Position numbers and translations under genes: made by a program. 64,000 nucleotides of DNA from an uncultured Chloroflexia bacterium. GTDB lineage: Bacteria; Chloroflexota; Limnocylindria; Limnocylindrales; CSP1-4. The notes below the pieces were generated by a model. That model was given only the letters and a program-made list of their open reading frames with translations. It had not been told where the DNA came from and ran no database searches. The stretch is from the NCBI GenBank assembly GCA_963762445.1, contig CAVXLA010000007.1, positions 735 to 64,734 of the forward strand, in the 5' to 3' direction. Of this stretch, positions 30,877-40,455 are shown piece after piece (position 1 is the stretch's first letter; every line of letters begins with the position of its first letter).

Positions 30877-31638
30877 ATGATCGCCCTCCTCCTCCGCCTC
30901 TATCCCGCCCGCTGGCGGACGCGCTACGGCGACGAGTTCCGGGCGCTCCTCGCGGAGCGCCCACTCGGCCCGTTCGACGTGGCCGACGTCCTGCTCGGCG
31001 CGCTCGACGCCCACCTCCACCTGCGGGGGCTGGGCTCCTGGTCCGAACATCGAAGGGGGTTTCCCATGTCGCTCCGCATCGGGGGGATCGCCGCCGCCAT
31101 CGGCGGCGCCCTCTGGCTCACTGGCCTCGCCTGGTCGTCCGCCGATCCGGCCGACCAGGACCTCGGCTCGGTGGTCTTCCTGGTGGGCGTCATCGCCCTG
31201 CTGGTGGGCCTGGCCGGCCTCAGCGCCTTCCAGGCCCGACGCCACCCGGCGCTGGCCTGGGCAGCCTTCGCGGTGCCGGCGCTCGGCGGAGCCGTCACCA
31301 CCATTGGCGTGCTCCTGATGGCGACGATGCAGGATCGAGACGTCATCGGCGACCTGTCCGGCTGGGACTTCTTCATCCTGGGCATGCTGACGACGGTCGC
31401 CGGATCGATCCTCTTCGCCGTCGCCGCGTACCGGACAGCGGCCCTCCCGCATTCGGGGCCGCTGCTCCTCGGTGTCGCGTCCGCGGTCGCCCTCCTCTCG
31501 TTCGCCGGCTCGTTCGTGTTCGGCGAGTGGCTCCAGGCCGTCTTCATCGCCGGGTTCCTGGCATTCCCGATCGGCTGGATCGTCCTGGGGCTGCAGGCCT
31601 TCCGCGTCGATCGCCCGATCGCGGCCGGCGCGATCTGA
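30877..31638 (+). CDS. PadR-associated membrane protein, copy 1
   Basis: LLRLYPARWRTRYGDEF N-terminal domain, ~6 TM segments. Confidence 0.8.
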   Translation: MIALLLRLYPARWRTRYGDEFRALLAERPLGPFDVADVLLGALDAHLHLRGLGSWSEHRRGFPMSLRIGGIAAAIGGALWLTGLAWSSADPADQDLGSVVFLVGVIALLVGLAGLSAFQARRHPALAWAAFAVPALGGAVTTIGVLLMATMQDRDVIGDLSGWDFFILGMLTTVAGSILFAVAAYRTAALPHSGPLLLGVASAVALLSFAGSFVFGEWLQAVFIAGFLAFPIGWIVLGLQAFRVDRPIAAGAI

Positions 31639-31700
31639 CCCGTCGCGGCCGGGCGGCCGCCCGCACGCCAACCCACATCCGAAGGTCAAGGAGCGTCCCC

Positions 31701-32252
31701 ATGTACCTGACCCGAAGGCTCTTCGCCGTCGTCTCCGCGCTCGGGCTCGCCGGCGCGCTCGCCAGCACCGCCCTCGGCGGCGGTGCGCTCCACGCCTCGG
31801 CATCCTTCGTGGATGCCTCGGGCGCCACGGTGGGCTGGGCCCGCCTCGTCGAGGACGGGACCGGCCGCGTCCACGTGAACATCCACGTGGATGGCCTGAC
31901 CCCCGGCCTGCACGGCGTCCACATCCACGCGGTGGGAGCCTGCGCGCCGACGTTCGCCGCGGCCGGCGGCCACTACAACCCGCTCGGGCACCAGCACGGG
32001 CTGGAGAACCCGGCCGGACCGCACGCCGGCGACCTCCCGAACCTGGAGGTCAACGCCGCCGGCGTCGGCCACCTCGACGCGACGACCGACCGGGTGACGC
32101 TCTCGCCGGGGCCCGCGACCCTGTTCGACACGACGGCGGGGGCAATCGGCAGCGCCTTCATCATCCACGCCAACCCGGACGACCAGGTGACCGACGCGAC
32201 CAACGGCGGCAGCGGCGCCCGGATCGCCTGCGGGGTCATCGTCCCCGACTGA
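31701..32252 (+). CDS. sodC: Secreted Cu/Zn superoxide dismutase family protein
   Basis: HGVHIH, GGHYNP, HAGDL, IIHANPDD, GARIACG; signal peptide; AAGGAG SD. Confidence 0.9.
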   Translation: MYLTRRLFAVVSALGLAGALASTALGGGALHASASFVDASGATVGWARLVEDGTGRVHVNIHVDGLTPGLHGVHIHAVGACAPTFAAAGGHYNPLGHQHGLENPAGPHAGDLPNLEVNAAGVGHLDATTDRVTLSPGPATLFDTTAGAIGSAFIIHANPDDQVTDATNGGSGARIACGVIVPD

Positions 32253-32284
32253 GGCGAACGCACGCCTGGGCCGGTGGCCCGCCC

Positions 32285-33061
32285 GTGATCCCGCTCCTCC
32301 TCCGCCTCTATCCAGCCCGCTGGCGGGCGCGCTACGGCGACGAGTTCCGGGCGCTCCTCGCGGAGCGCCCCCTCGGCCCGTTCGACGTGGGCGACGTCCT
32401 GCTCGGGGCGCTCGACGCCCACCTCCACCTGCGGGGGCTGGGCTCCTGGTCCGAACACCGAAGGGGGTTTCCCATGTCTCTCCGCATCGGGGGGCTCGCC
32501 GCCGCCGCCGGTGGCGCCCTCGTCTTCACCGGTTGGATCTGGTCCGCGGCAGACAGCGCCGACAGCGACCTCGGCGCCTGGCTCTTCCTCGCCGGCATCG
32601 TCGCCCTCCTCGTCGGGCTCGCCGGCCTGAGCGCGTTCCAGGCTCGCCGCCATCCCACCCTCGTCTGGACGGCCTTCCTCCTGCCGGCGGCGGGGGGCGC
32701 GATCACGACCTTCGGGATCCTCGCGATGGCCGCCTTCCCGGATCGCCCCGTCGTCGGCGACTGGAGCGGCTGGGACTTCTTCATCGTCGGGTTGCTTGCG
32801 ACCGTCGCCGGCTCCATCCTCTTCGCCATCGCGACGTACCGCACGGGCGCCTTGCCGCGGTCGGGCTCGCTCCTGCTGGCGGCCGGGTCCGCGATCGCCC
32901 TCGCCTCGTTCGCGGTGTCGTTCTTCGGGGTCGCCGCGATCGAAGGGGCCGGCCTGCAGCCGATCCTCGCCTCCGCCTACCTCGCCTTCCCGCTCGGCTG
33001 GATCGCGCTGGGGATCCAGGCGGTTCGGGCCGACAGCCCCTCGGCGGCCGCCGGGGCCTGA
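32285..33061 (+). CDS. PadR-associated membrane protein, copy 2
   Basis: Paralog of 30877-31638; first ~210 nt nearly identical. Confidence 0.8.
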   Translation: MIPLLLRLYPARWRARYGDEFRALLAERPLGPFDVGDVLLGALDAHLHLRGLGSWSEHRRGFPMSLRIGGLAAAAGGALVFTGWIWSAADSADSDLGAWLFLAGIVALLVGLAGLSAFQARRHPTLVWTAFLLPAAGGAITTFGILAMAAFPDRPVVGDWSGWDFFIVGLLATVAGSILFAIATYRTGALPRSGSLLLAAGSAIALASFAVSFFGVAAIEGAGLQPILASAYLAFPLGWIALGIQAVRADSPSAAAGA

Positions 33062-33066
33062 GCGGT

Positions 33067-33104
33067 TTGACATCTGATGCGTGACGACGAATCATCACGC
33101 ATCA
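33067..33104 (+). promoter_or_regulatory. TA promoter/operator
   Basis: TTGACA at 33067; perfect inverted repeat TGATGCGTGA-N10-TCACGCATCA reaching the ATG. Confidence 0.65.
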
Positions 33105-33340
33105 TGAGTCGGACCACGATCGACCTCGACCCGACGGTCCTGCGCCAGCTGAAGGCGCGCCAGCGACGCGAGGGCAAGACCCTGGGCCGCCTGGTCTCCG
33201 AGCTGCTGAGCACGGCGATGGCGGCCGATCGCGACGAGTCGGCCCTCCCGGCCCCGCTGGCCTGGTCGTCGCGGCCGATGCGGGCGCTCGTCGACCTCGA
33301 CGACCCGGAGGCGCTCCGCCGCGCGCTCGACTCCCCGTGA
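33104..33340 (+). CDS. vapB: RHH antitoxin
   Basis: MSRTTIDLDPTVLRQLKARQRREGKTLGRLVSELL. Confidence 0.85.
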   Translation: MSRTTIDLDPTVLRQLKARQRREGKTLGRLVSELLSTAMAADRDESALPAPLAWSSRPMRALVDLDDPEALRRALDSP

Positions 33341-33771
33341 GCTACACGATCGACGCCAACGTCCTCCTGTACGCCTCGGACGAGTCGAGCCCGGAGCACG
33401 CCCGCGCCCGCGCGTTCGTCGGGCGCCTCGCGGACGGGCCCGAGATCGCCTACCTGTTCTGGCCGACCGTCATGGCCTATCTCCGCATCGCGACGCATCC
33501 GGCCGTCTTCGCCCGCCCGCTGACCGCGGCCGAGGCGATCGGCAACGTCGAGCAGCTGCTCGTCCGCCCGCATGTCCGGACCACCGGGGAGACGGAGCGC
33601 TTCTGGGAGCGCTACCAGGAGGTGGCGGACGACGCGATGCCGAGCGGGAACCTGGTCCCAGACGCGCACCTGGTGGCGCTGATGCTGGAGAACGACGTCA
33701 GGACGATCTGGACGCGCGACCGCGACTTCCGGCGATTCCCCCGCATCGAGGTCCGCGACCCGTTCGCGTAG
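33337..33771 (+). CDS. vapC: VapC/PIN toxin
   Basis: IDANVLLYA, GNLVPDAHLVALM, TRDRDF. Confidence 0.9.
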   Translation: MSYTIDANVLLYASDESSPEHARARAFVGRLADGPEIAYLFWPTVMAYLRIATHPAVFARPLTAAEAIGNVEQLLVRPHVRTTGETERFWERYQEVADDAMPSGNLVPDAHLVALMLENDVRTIWTRDRDFRRFPRIEVRDPFA

Positions 33772-33899
33772 GGCCGTGCGCGACCAGATCGCGCGGGGCC
33801 GCGGGCCGTCCGTCCCGGCGAAAGCGTCCGGACGTCACTGGCCCGGATCTCCCGGGACCGCGACCATCGTGCCTCCCGATCTCCGCCGGAGGAGTGCTC

Positions 33900-34118
33900 A
33901 TGGTCGCCCGACTCGTCATCGCCGCCCTCCTCCTCGCCCACGCCGCCATCCACGCCGGCTTCGTCTCGCGGCGCCCGCCGGAGAAGCCCGGCGCGCCACC
34001 CTGGCCGTTCGACCTGGAGCGGTCGTGGCTCCTCAACCGCCTCGCCGCGCCGCCGAGCGCGCGGCGCCTCCTCCGCCTCGCCCTCGTGGCGGCCTGGACT
34101 CCCGACCTGCTCGGCTGA
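33900..34118 (+). CDS. Small membrane protein, possibly truncated
   Basis: GGAGGAG SD; MVARLVIAALLLAHAAIH...WPFDLERSWLL. Confidence 0.5.
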   Translation: MVARLVIAALLLAHAAIHAGFVSRRPPEKPGAPPWPFDLERSWLLNRLAAPPSARRLLRLALVAAWTPDLLG

Positions 34119-34139
34119 CCGCTTCGCCCGGAGGTTCCC

Positions 34140-34676
34140 ATGCGCGCCCTCGTCGTCTTCGAATCGATGTTCGGCAACACCGAGGTGATCGCGCGCGCGA
34201 TCGCCGAGGGGCTCGGCCGCACCGCCGATGGGGCGGTCGAGGTGGTCGAGGTGGGCGCCGCTCCCGCGGCGATCCCGGCCGGCGTGGACTTGCTGGTGGT
34301 TGGCGGGCCGACGCACGCGCACGGCATGACGAAGCCGGAGACACGCACGGACTCTCTCAAGCGCGCCGGGGATCGCCTGGTGTCGCGGGGGAGCGGCATC
34401 CGCGAGTGGCTGGAGACGGTGCAGGGCGGCTCCTCGGCGGTCGCGGCCGCCGCCTTCGACACGCGCATCAAGGGGCCGGGGATCCTGTGGGGGTCGGCCG
34501 CGAAGGGCGCCGACAAGCAGCTCCGGAGCCTCGGCCTGCGCGTGGTCGCCGGGCCGGAGAGCTTCCTCGTCGAGGGGCCGACGGGACCGCTCTTCGACCG
34601 CCTCGTCGACGGCGAGACCGATCGCGCCCGCCGCTGGGGCGAGAAGCTGGCGGCGGGGCTCCGCTCCGCGCGTTAG
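34140..34676 (+). CDS. Flavodoxin-like protein
   Basis: FESMFGNTE, VVGGPTH, AAAFDTR. Confidence 0.85.
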   Translation: MRALVVFESMFGNTEVIARAIAEGLGRTADGAVEVVEVGAAPAAIPAGVDLLVVGGPTHAHGMTKPETRTDSLKRAGDRLVSRGSGIREWLETVQGGSSAVAAAAFDTRIKGPGILWGSAAKGADKQLRSLGLRVVAGPESFLVEGPTGPLFDRLVDGETDRARRWGEKLAAGLRSAR

Positions 34677-34689
34677 GCCGCGCCGCGCG

Positions 34690-35727
34690 TTAGGCCGCGC
34701 CGCGGCGCGCGTGCAGCACGACGTGCGTGAACGGGATCCGGATCTCGCGGAACACCTCGATCGAGACCAGGAAGCCGGCGAAGAGGAAGACGACGCCCGC
34801 CAGCTCGCCGAGGAAGAACGCCTGCGTCATCCCGAAGCGGGCAAGGCTGCCCGTGAGGGACGGAACGAAGCCGCCGATCGCCACCAGGACCGTCGACGGG
34901 ACGCGGCTGTGGAGCTCGCCGCGGGACAGGGCGACGATCGCGCCCGGGATCGAGGCGACCAGGTTGATGGCGATGGCGAACGGCGCGACGGCCAGGTTCG
35001 CGAGGAACGGCACGACGCCCTGGTCGCGCCGGAGGTCGTACCGGACGAGGCGCGTCTTCGGCATGAAGACGTAGGCGGAGTAGAGGGCGCCGAGGACGAG
35101 GGCGAAGCCCCCGGTGATGTTGAAGAAGGGCGTGAGGAGGCGGACGTAGCCGGGGAAGAGCTCGCCGCTGGGGATGCCCGTGACCGCGTCGAGGGCGTAG
35201 CCCGGTGCGGTGAGCGGCGCGAGCGCCACCATCGGGATGGAGGCCAGCGTCCCGGCCACGATCAGCGCGCCCGCGACGTGCGCCCAGCGGCCTTTCGTCC
35301 GGTAGGTCTCGACGGCGATCACCGCCGCGGCGACGACCGCGATCAGCAGGTAGAGGTACGGTGAGGCGCCGCTGTCCGCGTAGTCGTTCTTGCGCCAGGT
35401 GAGGAACGTGAAGAGGCCGGCCAGGAGGAGCGACACCGCCGCCCCGTAGCCGAAGCGCGTCTTCGCCAGCAGGTACATCGTGCCGAGGCCCAGCCAGCCG
35501 GCGACCCAGACCGCGCCGGTCAGGTACCAGGCGCGGTAGAGGGGCTCGCTCCAGCCGAGCGCCCCGCCGAGGAACTCGGTCCCCGCCGAGACGCCGTACA
35601 TGAGCATCCCGATCGTCCAGATGAGCTGGTACGGCCGGCGCCGCTCGCGCCACTGGTCCAGCAGGAAGACGGCGAAGACGAAGCTCAGCAGGGACGACCC
35701 GAGCGGGAGGAAGACGTTCGGCTCCAT
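34690..35727 (-). CDS. Multi-pass membrane protein of unknown function
   Basis: MEPNVFLPL...; ~9 TM segments; GGAGAAGAGG SD. Confidence 0.75.
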   Translation of the reverse strand: MEPNVFLPLGSSLLSFVFAVFLLDQWRERRRPYQLIWTIGMLMYGVSAGTEFLGGALGWSEPLYRAWYLTGAVWVAGWLGLGTMYLLAKTRFGYGAAVSLLLAGLFTFLTWRKNDYADSGASPYLYLLIAVVAAAVIAVETYRTKGRWAHVAGALIVAGTLASIPMVALAPLTAPGYALDAVTGIPSGELFPGYVRLLTPFFNITGGFALVLGALYSAYVFMPKTRLVRYDLRRDQGVVPFLANLAVAPFAIAINLVASIPGAIVALSRGELHSRVPSTVLVAIGGFVPSLTGSLARFGMTQAFFLGELAGVVFLFAGFLVSIEVFREIRIPFTHVVLHARRGAA

Positions 35728-35796
35728 GGCCCTCTTCTCCGCCGGGCGATCCCTCGCACGCGGTGGGACGCAACGCTGGTGGATCGCCCGGCTCTT

Positions 35797-35925
35797 CGCG
35801 GGCCTCGACACCTCAGGGGCCCGACTGGACCGAACCGTAGGTTCGTCGCCGGGGCGCCTCAATGTGCCCCGCGATGGGTCTTTGGGGCCCGGCCGGACCC
35901 TTCGGGGGATATCAACCGGCACAGG
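35797..35925 (-). ncRNA. Probable 6S-like structured RNA
   Basis: On the minus strand: long closing stems with G-U pairs, central bubble with CGAACC-TAC-GGTTCG hairpin, apical CGGGGC/GCCCCG stem. Confidence 0.5.
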
Positions 35926-36075
35926 CCGCCGGTGAGCCGAGGTCACGGCGGCGGCCCGGCGGGCCACGCCCCTTCGATGCGCCGCCGCGGCGTCGGTCCC
36001 CCACGAGGCTGCGGGGCACTGCCGACGGCCGCCTGGCTTTGGGGCGCCGCCGGCTCGACCGGCCCCCGCGCTCGA

Positions 36076-36302
36076 CGGGAATCTCATTCACATTCGCTCG
36101 GCAGGCGGACGCGGAGGCGGCGGGCCACGGGACCCGACCACCTCAGCGTGCCCGATGATCGGGTCGCAGACGAATCGCCTGAGCGTGGAGACGGCGCGGA
36201 CGTGCGCACCAGGCAGGTCGCGGGCTCGCCCGACGCGGCAGCGGACAGCAGGCCTGGAAGCTTGCGCGGGCGCCAGTCCACAGAATGTGAATGGGACTCC
36301 CG
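36076..36302. mobile_element. MITE-like element with 20-bp terminal inverted repeats
   Basis: CGGGAATCTCATTCACATTC (36076) vs GAATGTGAATGGGACTCCCG (36283), 18/20; no credible ORF inside. Confidence 0.45.
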
Positions 36303-36382
36303 GCGCGGTGGCTGCTTCCATCGCCCGGCCCGTCCCGCTGTTGCACACGTGGGGACGTGACCCGCCGCCCCTTGGGCACCTG

Positions 36383-37327
36383 TCAGATGCGATCCCACTC
36401 GAACATCAGCAGGTCGCGGTTGTCCGGCGCGACGCGCACGGGGAGGGACACGCCCACCGCGACCCGGCCGACCTTCGAGAGGGGCACCATCGCCGCGGAC
36501 GGGCCGGTGACGAACGGCTCCCAACCCGGGACGCTGACGGTGGTCGTCATCGTGAAGAGGCGCTCGTCACCCACGGTCTCGCCGCTGTCGACCAGGCGGT
36601 CAATTCGCGCGCTGCCCGCGACGCCGTTCGCGCCGAGCCACTCCCGCAGCTGCTCGATCGTGTAGCCGGCCTGGGCCGCCTGGCCGAAGACCGGGGCCGC
36701 CTCTCCGCTGGCGGCCGCGAGGGCCGCGGAGACCTGGGCGAGGGTCTCGTCGGCGGTCGAGCCAGGGCCACCTGCGCCGCCCCCGTCGCCTGCGCCGCCC
36801 CCGTCGCCTGCGCCGCCCCAGCCTGCCTGGGCCCCGGGCACCGCCACCGTCTCGACGCCCACGTTCGGCTGGTCCCACTGGATGACGATCGTCTCCGGGT
36901 GCGCCGGGTCGACGCGTACGGGCAAGGTGCCCTGGAGCCGGTTGAGCATGATGAGCGGGACGATCTCCTTCACCGTCGTCCGGTACGGCGAGCGGCCGAG
37001 GATCGTGACCAGGAGCTCGAGCTCCACCTGGGGCTGGTCGTTGACGGTCAGGCCGGTCTGCCGCAGCCCCATGATCTGGCCGGTGCCGGCCACGCCGGTG
37101 ACGCTGATGTGGTCCTTCGTCGCCGCGCTGCGCATCCAACGCAGCCCGAACACAAGCAGGATGACCCCGACCCCGCCGAGGATCGCCCCCGTCAGGATCA
37201 TGACGCCGCCGACGTCCGCGTCCCCGCCGCCGACAAGCCAGAAGACCGCCGCGAGCCCCAGCTCGAAGATCCCCGTCAGGACGAGCATCCGGCCACCCCG
37301 TCGGCCGAACATCGAGCTCCGGTACAT
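36383..37327 (-). CDS. Membrane-anchored hypothetical protein with two repeated beta domains
   Basis: 2 TM segments; QTGLTVNDQP...LPVRVDP and DSGETVGDER...LPVRVAP; GGAGDG tandem linker. Confidence 0.7.
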   Translation of the reverse strand: MYRSSMFGRRGGRMLVLTGIFELGLAAVFWLVGGGDADVGGVMILTGAILGGVGVILLVFGLRWMRSAATKDHISVTGVAGTGQIMGLRQTGLTVNDQPQVELELLVTILGRSPYRTTVKEIVPLIMLNRLQGTLPVRVDPAHPETIVIQWDQPNVGVETVAVPGAQAGWGGAGDGGGAGDGGGAGGPGSTADETLAQVSAALAAASGEAAPVFGQAAQAGYTIEQLREWLGANGVAGSARIDRLVDSGETVGDERLFTMTTTVSVPGWEPFVTGPSAAMVPLSKVGRVAVGVSLPVRVAPDNRDLLMFEWDRI

Positions 37328-37401
37328 CCGTCTCCTCCTCTCGGATCGTGGCGCCCGGGCCGCGCCGGGTCAGCCGCTCGCCGGGCCGGTGCCGCGCCGG
37401 G

Positions 37402-39159
37402 TCAGCCGCTCGCCGCGCCCTCGGCCAGCTCCACGGCCGCCTCGGACGGGAGCCAGAACCAGCGCAGGTGCTCGAAGTCGGCGTCGACGTCAAGTGGACC
37501 CATGGCGGCGGCGGGCGTCGGCGGCGGTGCCTCCAGGAGCGACCGCGCCTCCTCGAGGTACGCCGCCAGCCGTGTCTCCGGCTCGCGGTGGCGGTGCGCC
37601 TCGTAGCGCATGACGCCGTCCTCGTAGCGGACGTCGTGGAGCGAGAGCGGCGGCTCCGCGGCGCCCCCGCTGTGCTGCCAGAGCCCGGTCGGTGGATCGA
37701 AGCGGTACTGCGGGAGCAGGCGCCAGCCTTCGCGGGCGACCAGGTCGACCGCGTCGAGGATGAAGCCGAACACCGTCTCGCTGATGAAGTAGTTGAAGTT
37801 GACGCGCACCCAGCCGGGCTTGATGCCCTCGCACCCGCGCGCGATCTCGCGCTCGAACTCGTGCGAACGCTCGAGGTCGATCCCGAGGAGCCGGTGGCCA
37901 TACGGCCCGGCACAGGAGCAGCCGCCCCGCGCCTGGATGCCGAAGAGGTCGTTGAGCAGGGCGACAACGAAGTTGTGGTGGAGGTAGCGCCCCCGATGGC
38001 GGACGACGAAGGAGACGATCGAGAGGCGCGGAAGCTCTGGGTTGCCGAGGATCTCCAGGGCCGGGTTCGCCCGCCAGCGCCGGATCGCCCGGCCGATGAA
38101 GTCCTCCTCGCGCTCGCGGATCGCCGCCACGCCGACGGCTTCCTTGAGCCCGAAGACCAGCCCGGCCCGGATCGATTCGACGATCGCCGGCGTCCCGCCC
38201 TCCTCGCGATGCTCCACGTCGTCGAGGTAGACGTGCTCGGTCGGGTTGACGTAGGCCACGGTGCCCCCGCCGGGCACGGTGGGGACGCGATTGCGGAACA
38301 GGTCGCGGCGGGCGACCAGGATCCCCGGCGTCCCGGGCCCGCCGATGAGCTTGTGGGGCGAGATGAAGATGGCGTCCTTCGTGTCGAGGACCGCGTCGTC
38401 GGGGCCCGCTCCCGCCGCCCCGGTCGCCGGCCCGTCCGGTGCCGGCCGGCGGGGCGACATCTCGATCTCGACGTACGGTGCGGCTGCCGCGAAGTCCCAG
38501 AACGAGAGCGCGCCGTGGCGGTGGAGGAGGACCGAGATCGCCCGGGTGTCGGACAGGATGCCGGTCACGTTGGAGGCCGCCGAGAAGCTGCCGATCTTGA
38601 GCGGTCGATCGGCGTAGCGCATGAGCTCGGCGTTGAGGCGGGCGAGGTCGATCCGGCCGTCGCCGTCCTCTGGGATGGTGACGACGTCGGCGATCGATTC
38701 GCGCCAGGGCAGCTCGTTGCTGTGGTGCTCGTAGGGGCCGATGAAGACGACCGGGCGGTCCGCGGCGGGGATCCGACCGGCAAGGTCGTAGCGCTCGGCG
38801 AGCTCCGCCGGCAGGCGCAGCCCCAGGACGTGGACGAGGCGGTCGATGGCGGCCGTCGATCCCGATCCGACGAAGATGACCACGTGCTCGTCGCCCGCGC
38901 CGACGGCGTCCCGGACGATCCGCCGGGCCTCGGCCCGGAAGCGCGTCGTCTGGAGACCGGTCCCCGACAATTCCGTGTGGGTGTTGGCGTAGAGCGGCAG
39001 GACCGCGTCGCGAAGGTAGTCCTCGACGAAGGACAGGCTCCGGCCCGAGGCCGTGTAATCGGCGTAGGTCACGCGGCGGACGCCGAACGGGCCGGCCACG
39101 GCCTCGTCGTCGCCGATCACCGAGCGGCGGATGGTCTCGATCAGGGCGGGCGCGTCCAT
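37402..39159 (-). CDS. Class V PLP aminotransferase / cysteine desulfurase-like
   Basis: YADYTASG, YEHHSN, SPHK (PLP Lys), RGGCSCAG. Confidence 0.9.
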   Translation of the reverse strand: MDAPALIETIRRSVIGDDEAVAGPFGVRRVTYADYTASGRSLSFVEDYLRDAVLPLYANTHTELSGTGLQTTRFRAEARRIVRDAVGAGDEHVVIFVGSGSTAAIDRLVHVLGLRLPAELAERYDLAGRIPAADRPVVFIGPYEHHSNELPWRESIADVVTIPEDGDGRIDLARLNAELMRYADRPLKIGSFSAASNVTGILSDTRAISVLLHRHGALSFWDFAAAAPYVEIEMSPRRPAPDGPATGAAGAGPDDAVLDTKDAIFISPHKLIGGPGTPGILVARRDLFRNRVPTVPGGGTVAYVNPTEHVYLDDVEHREEGGTPAIVESIRAGLVFGLKEAVGVAAIREREEDFIGRAIRRWRANPALEILGNPELPRLSIVSFVVRHRGRYLHHNFVVALLNDLFGIQARGGCSCAGPYGHRLLGIDLERSHEFEREIARGCEGIKPGWVRVNFNYFISETVFGFILDAVDLVAREGWRLLPQYRFDPPTGLWQHSGGAAEPPLSLHDVRYEDGVMRYEAHRHREPETRLAAYLEEARSLLEAPPPTPAAAMGPLDVDADFEHLRWFWLPSEAAVELAEGAASG

Positions 39160-39243
39160 CCGTTGCTCCTGCGTCAAGCGGCCGCGGCGGGGGCTCGCGC
39201 GGTCGCGCGGATCGTAGCCCCCGGCCGGCACCGCGACGGCCCG

Positions 39244-40455
39244 TCAGGCGCCGGGCACGCGCGCGCCCGCGGCCGGCAGCGCGTCGTACTCGGCCTTCAA
39301 CGCCCGCACCAGGTCGCGCTGGCGCGCCACGTCCGGGCCATCCGCGGCGCCGGCCCGGTTGGTTGCCATGGCCAGGCTGATCTGCTGGCGCTGGATCCGG
39401 CCCTTGAGGCGGCGGCCGGCCGGCCCCATGGTTCTGCCCGCCTCGCGACGCGCAGCCCAGCGCGAGCGGAGCCCACCCAGCTCGCGCATCTCGTCGGCCG
39501 TGATCGTGCCGTCGTCGACCTGGGCGGCCGCCAGGCGGGCGAACCACCGTCGCTCCCTGCCCCGGGCGAGCCGGAGCAGCACCACGAGCCCGATGAGCAT
39601 CGGCAGGCCCTTGGCCGTGACGTAGGTGAGCCAGCCCATCACATCGCCGTCGCCGAGCAGGTCCCCGAGCAGCGGCGAGTTCCAGAAGAAGTGAGCCCCG
39701 ACGCCGGCGGCGCCCAGGGCGACCGCGACGAGCAGCCGGCGATCCCGGGGGACGTCGTCCCGCGTCGCGTAGTAGGCCACGCCCATGCCGACGAGGCCGG
39801 TGTACAGGAAGTGGCTGTACGGACCGGCGCCGACGATCCGGATGAGGAAGACGTCGAAGAGACCTCCGAACGAGCCGCCGGTGGAGACGTACGCCCCGAC
39901 GAAGTAGAAGATGTCCTCCACGAGGAGGAAGCCGAGCCCGACCATCGCGCCCCAGACGAAGCCGTCGACGACGTCGTCCATCTCGGCCCGCGCCAGGGAG
40001 ACCAGGAGGATCAGCCCGAGGGCCTTGAACCCTTCCTCGACAAACGGCGCGGTCAGGGCGGCGCCCCACTCGGACGTGAAGGCGGGATCGGCGCTGATCT
40101 TGAAGACGAGCTCGTCGAGCGGCGTGTTCGTGTAGAGCGAGAGCGTGGTCGCCACGATCCCGCCCCAGAGGAGCGCGGCGGCGAGGATGCTCTTCGGCTC
40201 CCGCTCGTAGAGGTCCAGCAGGTAGATGACCAGGAGGATCGGGATCGCGTACGGCAGGAGCAGGAGGAGGGTGACCAGCCAGGCTCCCGGCGCGGCCTGG
40301 ATCATCTCCAGCTGCTGCCCGACGGCGACGAGCCCGGTCAGGGCGAGGGTGACGACGAAGAGCCAGAAGGCGGGCTGGCGCCGCTGCCAGAACGACGTCT
40401 GGTAGCCCCAGCGGGGCGGGAGGCTCTCGCCAGGGGCCCCGGATCCGGCGCTCAC
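39244..40455 (-). CDS. PrsW family intramembrane protease
   Basis: VEEGFK, GFLLVED, HFLYT, HFFWN. Confidence 0.88.
   Translation of the reverse strand: MSAGSGAPGESLPPRWGYQTSFWQRRQPAFWLFVVTLALTGLVAVGQQLEMIQAAPGAWLVTLLLLLPYAIPILLVIYLLDLYEREPKSILAAALLWGGIVATTLSLYTNTPLDELVFKISADPAFTSEWGAALTAPFVEEGFKALGLILLVSLARAEMDDVVDGFVWGAMVGLGFLLVEDIFYFVGAYVSTGGSFGGLFDVFLIRIVGAGPYSHFLYTGLVGMGVAYYATRDDVPRDRRLLVAVALGAAGVGAHFFWNSPLLGDLLGDGDVMGWLTYVTAKGLPMLIGLVVLLRLARGRERRWFARLAAAQVDDGTITADEMRELGGLRSRWAARREAGRTMGPAGRRLKGRIQRQQISLAMATNRAGAADGPDVARQRDLVRALKAEYDALPAAGARVPGA

Noticed and set aside
36770-36820. 18-bp tandem repeat
   Set aside because: Encodes a GGAGDG linker inside a CDS
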